From assembly GCA_963848295.1 (NCBI GenBank), contig CAWKDB010000010.1, forward strand, positions 128,001 through 192,000: 64,000 nucleotides of DNA, in the 5' to 3' direction. Within the stretch, counting starts at the first letter, position 1; each line of letters starts with the position of its first letter. The DNA is from an uncultured delta proteobacterium (lineage in GTDB: Bacteria; Myxococcota_A; Polyangia; Haliangiales; Haliangiaceae). A program made the position numbers and the translations under genes. This document shows positions 10,521-19,557 of this stretch, piece by piece. The notes under the pieces are model-generated. The model was not told the DNA's origin and did not search any database. It saw nothing but the letters and a program-made list of their open reading frames with translations.

Positions 10521-11078
10521 ATGCGACGACGAATGCTCGGACTGTTACTAGCCGGGTTGACGGCGGCGCCGCTCGTAGCTGTTGCTGGTCCCAATCCAGC
10601 GCCGAGCGACACACCGACCCGACATGAATTTCATTGGTCGTATACCTCGGAGCGCGGGCGACTCGGGGTCGCCCTGATCGGCATCACCGGCGAGCTGCGC
10701 GCCCACTATGGTGCACCGGCCGATCGCGGCTTGCTCGTCGGCCGCGTCGTCCGCGACTCGGCCGCCGCGCGCGCCGGACTTCACGTCGGCGATGTCATCA
10801 CCGCGGTCGCGAATCGACCGACCCACGATGCGGGAGACGTGCTCGCGGTCGTAGAGCACGCGCCGAAAGGCAACAAGATCGCGATCGACATCATGCGCGA
10901 CGGCAAGCCGCTCCAGCTCGAAGCGACGCTGACCGACGATCCGATCGCCGGGGCTGCCACATTCGACTCGTCGATTCCGGACATGCAGGGCATGTGGCGC
11001 GACCTGATGAAGGACATGCCGGGCTGGATGAGCCCGTGGTCGGCCACGCCGCCGCGGCCCGCTGGCCACCGTACCTAG
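10521..11078 (+). CDS. Secreted PDZ domain protein
   Basis: AGGAGG RBS, signal peptide, RLGV...SAAARAGLHVGDVI. Confidence 0.85.
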   Translation: MRRRMLGLLLAGLTAAPLVAVAGPNPAPSDTPTRHEFHWSYTSERGRLGVALIGITGELRAHYGAPADRGLLVGRVVRDSAAARAGLHVGDVITAVANRPTHDAGDVLAVVEHAPKGNKIAIDIMRDGKPLQLEATLTDDPIAGAATFDSSIPDMQGMWRDLMKDMPGWMSPWSATPPRPAGHRT

Positions 11079-12115
11079 TACGCGCCGGCCAGCAACTCGC
11101 GAATCGCCGCGCGATCGAACGCGCGCGGGTTGCGATACGGCGATGCGACGACCAACTCCGCAGCGCGATCGAGCGCGTCTTCGGCGAGCCCGAGCGCGCG
11201 TAGCCGCGTCGGTGCGCCGAGCCGCCGGGCGAGGTCCGCGAGCCCGGTCGCTGGATCGGCGGTGCCGAGTGCGCGAGCGATCCGCGCCATCGCATCGGGC
11301 GCCGCCGCGGCGTTGAACGCCACGACGTGCGGCAAGACCACCGCGTGGGTCTCGGCGTGCGGCAAGCCGAAGCTCCCGCCGAGCACGTGACACAGCTGGT
11401 GGTGCAGCCCCATCGCGACCGTACCGAGCACGGTGCCGCATGCCCACGCGCCGAACAGCGCGTCACCGCGCGCGTCGCGATCGTCGAGCCGTCGCGCGAT
11501 CGCGGGGAGCGAACGGGCGAGCGCCGCGATGCCCTGCTCGGCGAGCGCCGCGGTCACCGGATTGCCATCGTGCGCGTACAGCCCTTCGACCGCGTGCGCG
11601 ATCGCGTTGAGCCCGGAGGTCGCGCTCAGCGCGCGCGGCAAGGTCAGGGTCAGCACCACGTCGTAGACGATCGTCTCGGGTAGGACCTTCGGATCGCGCA
11701 GCGTCGTCTTGCGCCCAGCTTCGCTCTGACCGAGCACCGAGGTCGCCTCTGACCCCGCGTACGTCGTCGGCACCGCGACCTGCGCCAGATCGGTGCGATA
11801 GGCGATCGCCTTGCCGAGCCCGATCGTCGAGCCGCCGCCGAGCGCGACCAGACAATCGCCGCCGCGTTCGCGCACGTAGCCGACCGCTCGTTCGGTGACC
11901 TCGACCGGCGTGTGCATCACGGCCTCGGCGAACAGGCCGGCCCCGCCGATCTGCGTGCACAACGCCGCGCCCGCCTCGCGCTGTTGCGCGGTCGCCAGCA
12001 CGATCGGCCGCACGCCGCCGAGCCGCGTGACCTCGTCGCCGACCTGCGCGAGCGTGCCTTCGCCGAACACGACGCGCGCCGGCGAGCCGGCATACGTGAA
12101 CGCGGGCGTCGTCAC
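11075..12115 (-). CDS. Maleylacetate reductase (Fe-containing alcohol dehydrogenase family)
   Basis: AVMHTP, GGGSTIGLGKA, PTTYAGSE, NAIAHAVE, LHHQLCHVLGG, PHAETH. Confidence 0.92.
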   Translation of the reverse strand: MTTPAFTYAGSPARVVFGEGTLAQVGDEVTRLGGVRPIVLATAQQREAGAALCTQIGGAGLFAEAVMHTPVEVTERAVGYVRERGGDCLVALGGGSTIGLGKAIAYRTDLAQVAVPTTYAGSEATSVLGQSEAGRKTTLRDPKVLPETIVYDVVLTLTLPRALSATSGLNAIAHAVEGLYAHDGNPVTAALAEQGIAALARSLPAIARRLDDRDARGDALFGAWACGTVLGTVAMGLHHQLCHVLGGSFGLPHAETHAVVLPHVVAFNAAAAPDAMARIARALGTADPATGLADLARRLGAPTRLRALGLAEDALDRAAELVVASPYRNPRAFDRAAIRELLAGAY

Positions 12116-12144
12116 GAGCGCAGCTTACCGGACACCGCGATCGG

Positions 12145-13746
12145 TTACTTGCCCGAGATCGAGCTCAGCAGCGTCGCGTATTGGGTCGAGTACGCGCCGG
12201 GCGGCGTCGAGCACGCGCTGCCGGTGACCGGATTCGGATCGAACGCGTAGAACAGGTCGCACAGATAGATCTCGAACGCGGTCGCGCGATGGGCGATGCC
12301 GAACGGCACGGTCGTCGGCAAGAAGTCCGGCGTGCGCGCGCTGCCCGTGGTCGCGGTCGTCGTGGTCGTGGACGCGAACTGGAACGACGTCGGCGACACG
12401 ACCTTGATCGCGTACGAGCCATCATAACCGCCGGTGCCGCGAATCTCCGTCCAGCCACTGTTGCCGGGGTACAGGTCGAGCGCCCCGCCACACGCCGCGC
12501 CGCCGTCGAGCGCGGTGCAGTTGCCGACGCACGTCGCGGTCGCGACGTGGCCGTCGCCGGTGATCGACATCAGTCGATAGTCCGGCGTCGTGGTCGGACA
12601 CGTCGTTTGCAACACGAGAGGAACATGCGCCGGAGCGCGCTCGAACTGACCGCACCAGTCGTCTCCACACAGGTTGCCGGCTGCAAGCTTCGCCGGGTCG
12701 GCGATGCTGAGCGACTCCATCCCGATGCCGACGCCCTCGGCGACTGCCGCCGCACCTTCGGCATCGGCGAGCGTGAAGTCGGTTTCGTCCGGCGGGCCGT
12801 TGTGCGCGTTGATCTCGAGACCGATGGTCGGGTGAGCACCGGCCATCGTCGCGACCATCGGGGCGATGTAGTCCGTCACGAAGATGTCCTTCGTGTAGCC
12901 GCCCGGATCCGCGGCGAGTCCATTGGGGCCCGGCCACACGTCTTGGCAGAACAACTGGGTCTCGCCGCCCGCGGTCATGCCAAATCGCGCGTACCCGACG
13001 TGCGGCGCAAGCGTCGGACCATCGCCGTCGCCAGCCGGCGAATAGTGCCTGATCACGTTGGCGACGAAGTTCTCGTACGCGGTCATGTACGGCTTCTCGT
13101 AGACGATGGGAAATCCGCTGTGGTCGGTCGAGGCCGCGCAGGTCCCGGCGGAGGCGGTGCAGCTGGTGCTGTTCCACACCGCGCTGACCGTCGCCGACCC
13201 ATGCACCGGGGCGTTCGCTCCGCCCGGCCATAGCCCGCACACGGAGAAGTCTTGCGGCGGCGAACCGAGGCTCGCTGCGTAGCTCGCCTCGAACACGTAG
13301 TCCGGCGTGCCGTCGTTGCCGTGACCGCCTTCGGGAACTCCGATCACGACGAGGTTGACGGTCAGGCCATGACTAGCGAGGTCGGCGACGCGCGCGTCGA
13401 ACGCCTGCCAGTCGCATGGCGTGCTCGAGCCTTCGACGCACGGTGCATCCCCGTGGTCGATCTGACTCCACAGCAAGAAGATGCTGACGCCGTTGACGTG
13501 AGGCGCTACGTACTTGATGAAGTCGCAGTACTGCGACGCACCATCGGCGACACCGATGCAGCCACCATCGGGCGCGACCAGGTTTGGCGCGAGCGCGTTG
13601 ATCGCGACGCCGCCGCTAGCGAGCCCCCCATCGATCGGACCATCTCCAGGCGGCGCGATGTCGACCGAGCCGCCATCTGGCTGACCGTGATGGAGATCGT
13701 TCTGCGAGCACGCGACGAGTGCGATGAGCGCGGCGGCTTTGTGCAT
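12145..13746 (-). CDS. Lipoprotein with putative clan GH-A (beta-galactosidase-like) TIM barrel
   Basis: Start MHKAAAL, lipobox LVAC; WSQID...DWQAFD...TPDYV...GGE pattern. Confidence 0.55.
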   Translation of the reverse strand: MHKAAALIALVACSQNDLHHGQPDGGSVDIAPPGDGPIDGGLASGGVAINALAPNLVAPDGGCIGVADGASQYCDFIKYVAPHVNGVSIFLLWSQIDHGDAPCVEGSSTPCDWQAFDARVADLASHGLTVNLVVIGVPEGGHGNDGTPDYVFEASYAASLGSPPQDFSVCGLWPGGANAPVHGSATVSAVWNSTSCTASAGTCAASTDHSGFPIVYEKPYMTAYENFVANVIRHYSPAGDGDGPTLAPHVGYARFGMTAGGETQLFCQDVWPGPNGLAADPGGYTKDIFVTDYIAPMVATMAGAHPTIGLEINAHNGPPDETDFTLADAEGAAAVAEGVGIGMESLSIADPAKLAAGNLCGDDWCGQFERAPAHVPLVLQTTCPTTTPDYRLMSITGDGHVATATCVGNCTALDGGAACGGALDLYPGNSGWTEIRGTGGYDGSYAIKVVSPTSFQFASTTTTTATTGSARTPDFLPTTVPFGIAHRATAFEIYLCDLFYAFDPNPVTGSACSTPPGAYSTQYATLLSSISGK

Positions 13747-13758
13747 CCGCGATGTACG

Positions 13759-13775
13759 AGCAAGTGGCAGGCCGA
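13759..13775 (-). promoter_or_regulatory. Sigma-54 (-24/-12) promoter
   Basis: Minus strand TCGGCCTGCCACTTGCT: GG-N10-GC with TTGCT; GC ends 13 nt before ATG at 13746. Confidence 0.6.
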
Positions 13776-13853
13776 GCGGGCGCGCCCTGCGATCGCGGAC
13801 GTAGCGCGCCCGATCGTCCGCTGGACCGGACAGGTGACGGCGCTGCCGGACGG

Positions 13854-15446
13854 CTATGGGCTGAGCCGAAGCGGGGTCGCGCTCGTGTCGTGCTCTGCGA
13901 CGTCGATGTCCACCGTCGACGTCGTGTTGTCGCTCCGCACCACCGTCAGCTTGTGGTGCCCGGTGGCGACCTCGATCTTGTTCGGCGCGTAGCCGCGTGA
14001 CTTTCCGTCGATCAGGATCTCGGCTCGGAGATCTGCGTCGCCGACCACTTGGACATAGCCGGTGGTCTGCGGTGGAGCGACGACCGGGGCATCGATGACG
14101 GCGATCGCGCGGCCGCCATCGCGACGATGATGGATCGCGGCATCGCGCAAGACGGCGGCATCGATCGCCACAGCCTGCGCGTCGGGCTCCGGCGTCGCAT
14201 CGACCGGCGGCGCGGGCAGATCGGTCAGCGCGAGATCGAGCGGCGCGCTGTCGCGGCCGGCGATCGCAAGCGGCGCGTGCGAGCCGTTGTTCGACGCGAC
14301 GAAGCGCCACCCGGCGTAGCCACCGGAGGCCGCGATCGCGACCGCGGCGAGCGCGATCAACCCGCGCGCACGACGCCGCAGAATCGGGCGAGCTCGCGAG
14401 GTCGCGGCATCTGGCGACGACCCGATCGCGGGTGGCAAGCCATCGGCTTTGGGCGGAGCAAGCTCGGTCTTGCGAAGCTCGTAGTGGGGCTCGGCTTCGC
14501 TGCCGCTGGTGGCGACGACCTCGAGGCCGAGGAGCTGATCGAGTGCGCCAGGCCTGGGTCGCTTGTCGTGCAGTGGCTCGAGAAACGTCCTCAGGCAGCT
14601 CCGCGGATCGCGGGTCAGCCGCGGCGCGAGCGCGGTACCGATCGCATCGGCGAGCTCTTCGGCGGTCGGGCGTGCCCGGCGCTCGGGTGCGACCGCGCGT
14701 GCGATCAGCGCCCTGATGTCGGGAGGGAGCTCGGCGTCGAGCGGCACCGGGACGCCGGCGAGCAGCTGGATCTCGACCGTGATGTCCTGCAGCGGCGTGT
14801 AACCGGCGATCAGCGCGTGCAGCATCAGCCCGAGCGCGAACACGTCGGCCCGGCCGTCGACCTCGGAGCGCGTACGTTGCTCGGGGGCAATGAACCCAGC
14901 GGTGCCCGGCACGATGCCAGCTTCGGTCACCGCGGCGCGATCGCGAGCGAGCGCGATGCCGAAGTCAGTGAGCTTGACGTCGCCGCCCCATGACACGAGC
15001 ACGTTCGATGGCTTGACGTCGCGATGCACGATACCGAGCGCGATCCCGGCGTCATCGCGAGCGGCGTGCGCGTGATCGAGTGCGTGCGCGACATCGGCCG
15101 CGATGATCAACGCGATCTCGAGCGGCAACTTCCCGCCCGCGGCGCTCTGCAGCTGTCGTGCGTCGATGCCGTCAACGAGCTCGAGCACCTGGAACGGCAG
15201 GCCATCGAGCAACCCGACATCGGTGATCGCGACGATGTTCGCGTGATGTAACCTGCTCGCGATCCTCGCCTCGTCGAGAAAGCGCCGCGCGGCCGAGACG
15301 TCGGTCGCCGCCTCCCCGAGCATGCGCTTGATCGCGACCTTGCGCGCGAACCCCAGCTCGCCGACGAGCTCGGCCTCGAACACCTCGGCCATCCCGCCTT
15401 GGCCGAGACGGCGGGAGATCCGGTATCGGGCATTCCCGCTAGACAC
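13854..15446 (-). CDS. Hanks-type Ser/Thr kinase, TM helix, C-terminal PEGA domain
   Basis: LGQGGMAEV, VAIK, HRDVKPSN, DFG, APE. Confidence 0.95.
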   Translation of the reverse strand: MSSGNARYRISRRLGQGGMAEVFEAELVGELGFARKVAIKRMLGEAATDVSAARRFLDEARIASRLHHANIVAITDVGLLDGLPFQVLELVDGIDARQLQSAAGGKLPLEIALIIAADVAHALDHAHAARDDAGIALGIVHRDVKPSNVLVSWGGDVKLTDFGIALARDRAAVTEAGIVPGTAGFIAPEQRTRSEVDGRADVFALGLMLHALIAGYTPLQDITVEIQLLAGVPVPLDAELPPDIRALIARAVAPERRARPTAEELADAIGTALAPRLTRDPRSCLRTFLEPLHDKRPRPGALDQLLGLEVVATSGSEAEPHYELRKTELAPPKADGLPPAIGSSPDAATSRARPILRRRARGLIALAAVAIAASGGYAGWRFVASNNGSHAPLAIAGRDSAPLDLALTDLPAPPVDATPEPDAQAVAIDAAVLRDAAIHHRRDGGRAIAVIDAPVVAPPQTTGYVQVVGDADLRAEILIDGKSRGYAPNKIEVATGHHKLTVVRSDNTTSTVDIDVAEHDTSATPLRLSP

Positions 15447-15480
15447 GTCGCGCTCAGGCTATCATCAGACCCGATCTGCG

Positions 15481-16524
15481 ATGACCACGCTCCGCGCTGC
15501 CGTAGTCTCGCTCCTGATCGCCGCGTGCGGGGCGAGCTCCGCGCATCCGATTCCGATCGCCGTGGTGGTCGACGGCGATCCGGCCGCGGTCGGCGACTTG
15601 CCGAGGGTCGATGGCCTCGAGTTACGGCGCGTCGCCCTGCCCGCGCCGGCGCAAGCCGGGACTCACGACAGCGAACCGACCGTCGCGCTCGCGCGCAAAG
15701 CCTACGTCGCGGGCGACTTCGCGACCTGCCGGACCATACTCGCCGCGATCGACATTCCCGCCGAGCTTGCCGCAGGCGAACGCTCGCTCGCATCACGGGC
15801 ACTGACGCTCGCGACCGCGTGTGCGTTCGGGGCCGCTGCGAAATCCGATGCGATGACGACCGCAGCGCAGCTCGCGAGCTACGGGCTCGAGTTGCCGAGC
15901 GCCACGGTTTCGCCCGATGTCGAGACCCTGATCGGTAACGCGATCGAAGCCGCCGGCTCCGCCGCGCGCGGTCAGCTCGCGGTCAGTGGCGTGGTCGGCG
16001 CGCGACTTTCGGTCGATGGGTTGCCGGCCTGCGCGCTGCCCTGCACGATCCCGCTCGCCCGCGGTGACCATGTCGTCGCGGTCGCCGCCGACGGTTATGC
16101 GCCGGCAACACGGACTGTCCGGATCCCGGACGAAACCACCATCGCGATCGCGCAAGCCGTCGCGTCACCCGAGCTCGCGGCGAATCAATGGCGCGCGCGC
16201 ATGGCTCGCGGTGCGCCGGTGGGCGACCCGGTCGGCGCGGCCCTGCTCGGCGCGATCGGTCGCGATCGCCGCGTCGCGTACGTCCACGGCGATCGCGTGT
16301 TGACCGGCGAGCTCGTTGTCGATGGCAAGCTCGCCGCGACGGCCGAAGCGGGCCACGGGCGCAGCGCAGCGCTCGTGAGAGAGCTCGCGTACGACGCGCG
16401 CGTCTTGCATCGCCCGCCGGTCTGGCAACGACCATGGTTCCTGATCGCGGTGACCGGCGTCGCGCTCGCCGCGGTCGCCGCGACCCTGTACGTCAACCGG
16501 CCGACCGAGATCGTGGTGCGATGA
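15481..16524 (+). CDS. PEGA domain lipoprotein with C-terminal TM anchor
   Basis: Lipobox IAAC; LSVDG...GDHVVAVAADGY; PVWQRPWF before TM. Confidence 0.75.
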   Translation: MTTLRAAVVSLLIAACGASSAHPIPIAVVVDGDPAAVGDLPRVDGLELRRVALPAPAQAGTHDSEPTVALARKAYVAGDFATCRTILAAIDIPAELAAGERSLASRALTLATACAFGAAAKSDAMTTAAQLASYGLELPSATVSPDVETLIGNAIEAAGSAARGQLAVSGVVGARLSVDGLPACALPCTIPLARGDHVVAVAADGYAPATRTVRIPDETTIAIAQAVASPELAANQWRARMARGAPVGDPVGAALLGAIGRDRRVAYVHGDRVLTGELVVDGKLAATAEAGHGRSAALVRELAYDARVLHRPPVWQRPWFLIAVTGVALAAVAATLYVNRPTEIVVR

Positions 16525-17135
16525 GGCGAATCCTCGTGTTCGCTCTGCTCGCTGCGTGCTCGCGCGACCACGACGTGACGCTCGAGATCGTCGCATCGAA
16601 CGGCAACGTCGACCCGGGATACACCTGCACCGATCCCACGGGCGTACCAATCTTCGCGCATTCGATGCAGAGCGATGGCGACTACCACTTCCAGGTGTTG
16701 CTCGACGTGTTCGAGATCCCGGATGCGAGAGGCCAGTGCCTCGCACAGACCCTTGCCGACGCCTGTGCGGAGACGGGCTGCCCGAATGTGGCGTCGAGCT
16801 GCATCGACCTCGTCGTCAGCTCGCCGACCACCGTGGAATACGACGTCGGTAACGCGATCGATGCCGCGCTGGCGGCCAAGAGCCCGCTGTTTAGTGACCT
16901 GCCCGATTCGGTCGTGTCGATCCGCGCGGTGTTCGCCCTCGGCAACTGCGGAGATCCGGCCGCGCTCACCGTGTTGGGTTGCGGCTACACCTGTCCCCAG
17001 AGCCTGGAGAATGCACCGTCCACGCTCGATCTCGAATACGAGGATGCACTCGGCCTCGAAGGCAGCGGTAGCTCGGCAGCCTGTCGCACCAAGATCGGCG
17101 ACTGCGCCGATTTCACCGGCGCGGAGACGAACTAG
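16521..17135 (+). CDS. Cys-rich hypothetical lipoprotein
   Basis: ATGA overlap with upstream stop; lipobox LAAC. Confidence 0.7.
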   Translation: MRRILVFALLAACSRDHDVTLEIVASNGNVDPGYTCTDPTGVPIFAHSMQSDGDYHFQVLLDVFEIPDARGQCLAQTLADACAETGCPNVASSCIDLVVSSPTTVEYDVGNAIDAALAAKSPLFSDLPDSVVSIRAVFALGNCGDPAALTVLGCGYTCPQSLENAPSTLDLEYEDALGLEGSGSSAACRTKIGDCADFTGAETN

Positions 17136-18451
17136 CTCCGGCGCTTCGCGATCAAGTCGTTGAGATACGAGCGCGTCATCCGCGCCATCCGCGCGGCGGC
17201 CGAGACGTTGCCCCCGGCGCGCTGCAGCAACGCATCGAGGTAGCGTGCCTCGAATGCGTCGAGCACCTGCGCGCGCGCGTCCTTGTATGGCAGTGACAGA
17301 TCGGCCGCTACGGCGAGCTCGGCGCGGTCAGTGGTGGTGGGCGCGGGCGCGCCGATCGATGGCGCCTCGCCCATCGCGACCGCGGCGTCGACGAGGTTGC
17401 GCAGCTCGCGGACGTTGCCCGCGAAGTGGTAACCGGACAGCGCGTCCATCGCCTGCGGCGAGATCAGCGCCGCGACCGGCTGGTCCCATCCGGCGTCGCG
17501 CAAGAAATGCTCGACCAGCGCCGGGATATCGTCAGGCCGCTCACGCAACGGCGGCAGCCACAACGTCACGACCGCGAGCCGGTAGAACAGGTCGAGGCGA
17601 AATCCGCCGCGGTTGACCTCGGCGCGCAGGTCGCGATGGGTCGCCGCGACGACGCGGACATCGACCGGGAGCTCGTTGCGGCTGCCGAGCCGACGCACGC
17701 GCCGGCGCTCGAGCACACCGAGTAACGTCGATTGCACCGCCGGTTGCAGCTCGCCGATCTCGTCGAGAAACAGCGTGCCGCCCTGCGCCGCTTCGAACGC
17801 GCCTACGTGCTGGCGATCCGCGCCGGTAAACGCTCCGCGCTCGTGACCGAACAGCTCGCTCGCGATCAACGTCGGTGGCAGCGAACCGCAATCGACCGTG
17901 ACGAACGGCTTACCCGCGCGCGGGCCGAGGTCGTGCAACGCACGCGCGACGAGCTCTTTGCCCGTGCCGCTCTCGCCGGTCACCAGCACCGACACGTCGC
18001 TGCGCGCGGCCCTCGCGACTTGCGCCATCAACCGGCGCATCCCGGGCGATCGGCCGATGAGGCCTGCGAGCGATTCGCCGCCGTGGATCTCGACCTCGAC
18101 CGGCGCGGCGTCGCCGACCCGCAGCGTGGAGTCGCCGACGCGCAGCAGCGTCCCCGGCGGCACGATCGCGCGCTCGATCCGCAACGTCCCGAAGAACGTG
18201 CCGTTCGTCGAGCCGTGGTCGACGACCGCGATCCCGCCGACCGCCGGGCGGAGCTCGACGTGGAACCGCGAGACCGCTGGATCGGTGAGCCGCAACCCGC
18301 TGCCCTCCGCGGTGCCGATCGTGACCTCGTCGCCGGAGGCGCGCTGGCCAGCGTCCGGGCCGGCCTCGATCTCGACCATGACACTGCGCACGGGCAGGTG
18401 CGCGATCTCGCGACGAACCGTCTCATCCACCGGCCGGTTGTACCGCATCAC
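17132..18451 (-). CDS. FHA-domain sigma-54 enhancer-binding protein (Fis-type HTH)
   Basis: [13 protein letters not shown] (FHA), [27 protein letters not shown]; true start may be GTG at 18430. Confidence 0.95.
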   Translation of the reverse strand: MMRYNRPVDETVRREIAHLPVRSVMVEIEAGPDAGQRASGDEVTIGTAEGSGLRLTDPAVSRFHVELRPAVGGIAVVDHGSTNGTFFGTLRIERAIVPPGTLLRVGDSTLRVGDAAPVEVEIHGGESLAGLIGRSPGMRRLMAQVARAARSDVSVLVTGESGTGKELVARALHDLGPRAGKPFVTVDCGSLPPTLIASELFGHERGAFTGADRQHVGAFEAAQGGTLFLDEIGELQPAVQSTLLGVLERRRVRRLGSRNELPVDVRVVAATHRDLRAEVNRGGFRLDLFYRLAVVTLWLPPLRERPDDIPALVEHFLRDAGWDQPVAALISPQAMDALSGYHFAGNVRELRNLVDAAVAMGEAPSIGAPAPTTTDRAELAVAADLSLPYKDARAQVLDAFEARYLDALLQRAGGNVSAAARMARMTRSYLNDLIAKRRS

Positions 18452-18531
18452 GTGCCCGGGCCGGCGGTCGCTGTCCGGGGGACCGGACAGCTCGAGCGAC
18501 CGGCAGCCGGCTTCATTCGCCCACCTAGGCG

Positions 18532-18547
18532 CGGCACGGCGGTCGCA
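18532..18547 (+). promoter_or_regulatory. Sigma-54 (-24/-12) promoter
   Basis: CGGCACGGCGGTCGCA: GG-N10-GC with GGCACG; GC ends 13 nt before ATG at 18560. Confidence 0.6.
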
Positions 18548-18559
18548 ACAACGGTCGCC

Positions 18560-19453
18560 ATGTTCAAGCTCATCGCGATCACCGCGTGTCTCGCAGGCTG
18601 CGGGGTCGAACCGGGATCGGGTGGATCGGGAACCGGGTTGGGCTCGGGATCGGGCTCCGATGCAGACGGCTTCACGACGCTCGTCAGCTCGTCATGGACA
18701 CTACCTGCATCGACCGAGCAATACCTGTGCGTGCGGCTGACCATACAGGCGGACACGTACATCAGCGCGATCAAGCCGATGTCGCCGGCTGGCACGCATC
18801 ACTCGGTCTTGATGGCTGGTCCGTCGGACGGCCAGCCGGATGGCACGACGCAATGCGATAGCACGCTCAGCCGACCGTCGATCTATGCCTCGGGCGTCGG
18901 GACCGACGAGCTCGACTTGCCCGACGGCGTCGCGATTCACCTCACGCCGGGCGAGCAGCTCTTGCTCAACCTCCACTTGTTCAACGCCACCGACGGCGAA
19001 ATGACCGGCACATCCGGCATTCAGATCGCCGAGGTCGATGCATCCGATGTCCAGCATGTCGCCGGCGTCTTGCTCGCGGGCAAGGCGAAGGGCTTGGTCG
19101 TCGTTCCGGACGCGAGCACGCAGACCGGGACATGCACGACCCCCGACGGCATGACGATGTTCGCCGCGGCGCCGCACATGCACTTGCTCGGCACGTACTT
19201 GACCGCGACGTACACGCCGCCCGGTGGGCAACCGCAGACATTGATCGATCAGAGCTACTCGTTCGATGCTCAGAAGTACGTCATGCAAACGCCCGAGGTC
19301 GTGACCCAGGCCGGAGGCCAATACGCGATCACGTGCAGCTACTTCAACCCGTCGCCCGAAAACGTGTACTTCGGCGAATCGACGACCGACGAAATGTGCT
19401 TCGCGCTGACGATGGTCTACCCGGTACAACCGAACGACGAGTGCACGAACTAG
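18560..19453 (+). CDS. Copper type II ascorbate-dependent monooxygenase-like (PHM/DBH-like) lipoprotein
   Basis: Lipobox LAGC; THH, NLH, PHMH, GESTTDEMC Cu-ligand motifs. Confidence 0.85.
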   Translation: MFKLIAITACLAGCGVEPGSGGSGTGLGSGSGSDADGFTTLVSSSWTLPASTEQYLCVRLTIQADTYISAIKPMSPAGTHHSVLMAGPSDGQPDGTTQCDSTLSRPSIYASGVGTDELDLPDGVAIHLTPGEQLLLNLHLFNATDGEMTGTSGIQIAEVDASDVQHVAGVLLAGKAKGLVVVPDASTQTGTCTTPDGMTMFAAAPHMHLLGTYLTATYTPPGGQPQTLIDQSYSFDAQKYVMQTPEVVTQAGGQYAITCSYFNPSPENVYFGESTTDEMCFALTMVYPVQPNDECTN

Positions 19454-19557
19454 CGACGGTCGGACCCAGCGCTGACCGAGGAGTACGCGACGCTGCTGTG
19501 AGACGCGTTTTCGACCCGGACGGCCGCATTGCGATCGCCGGCAGCGTACCGTAGGCC

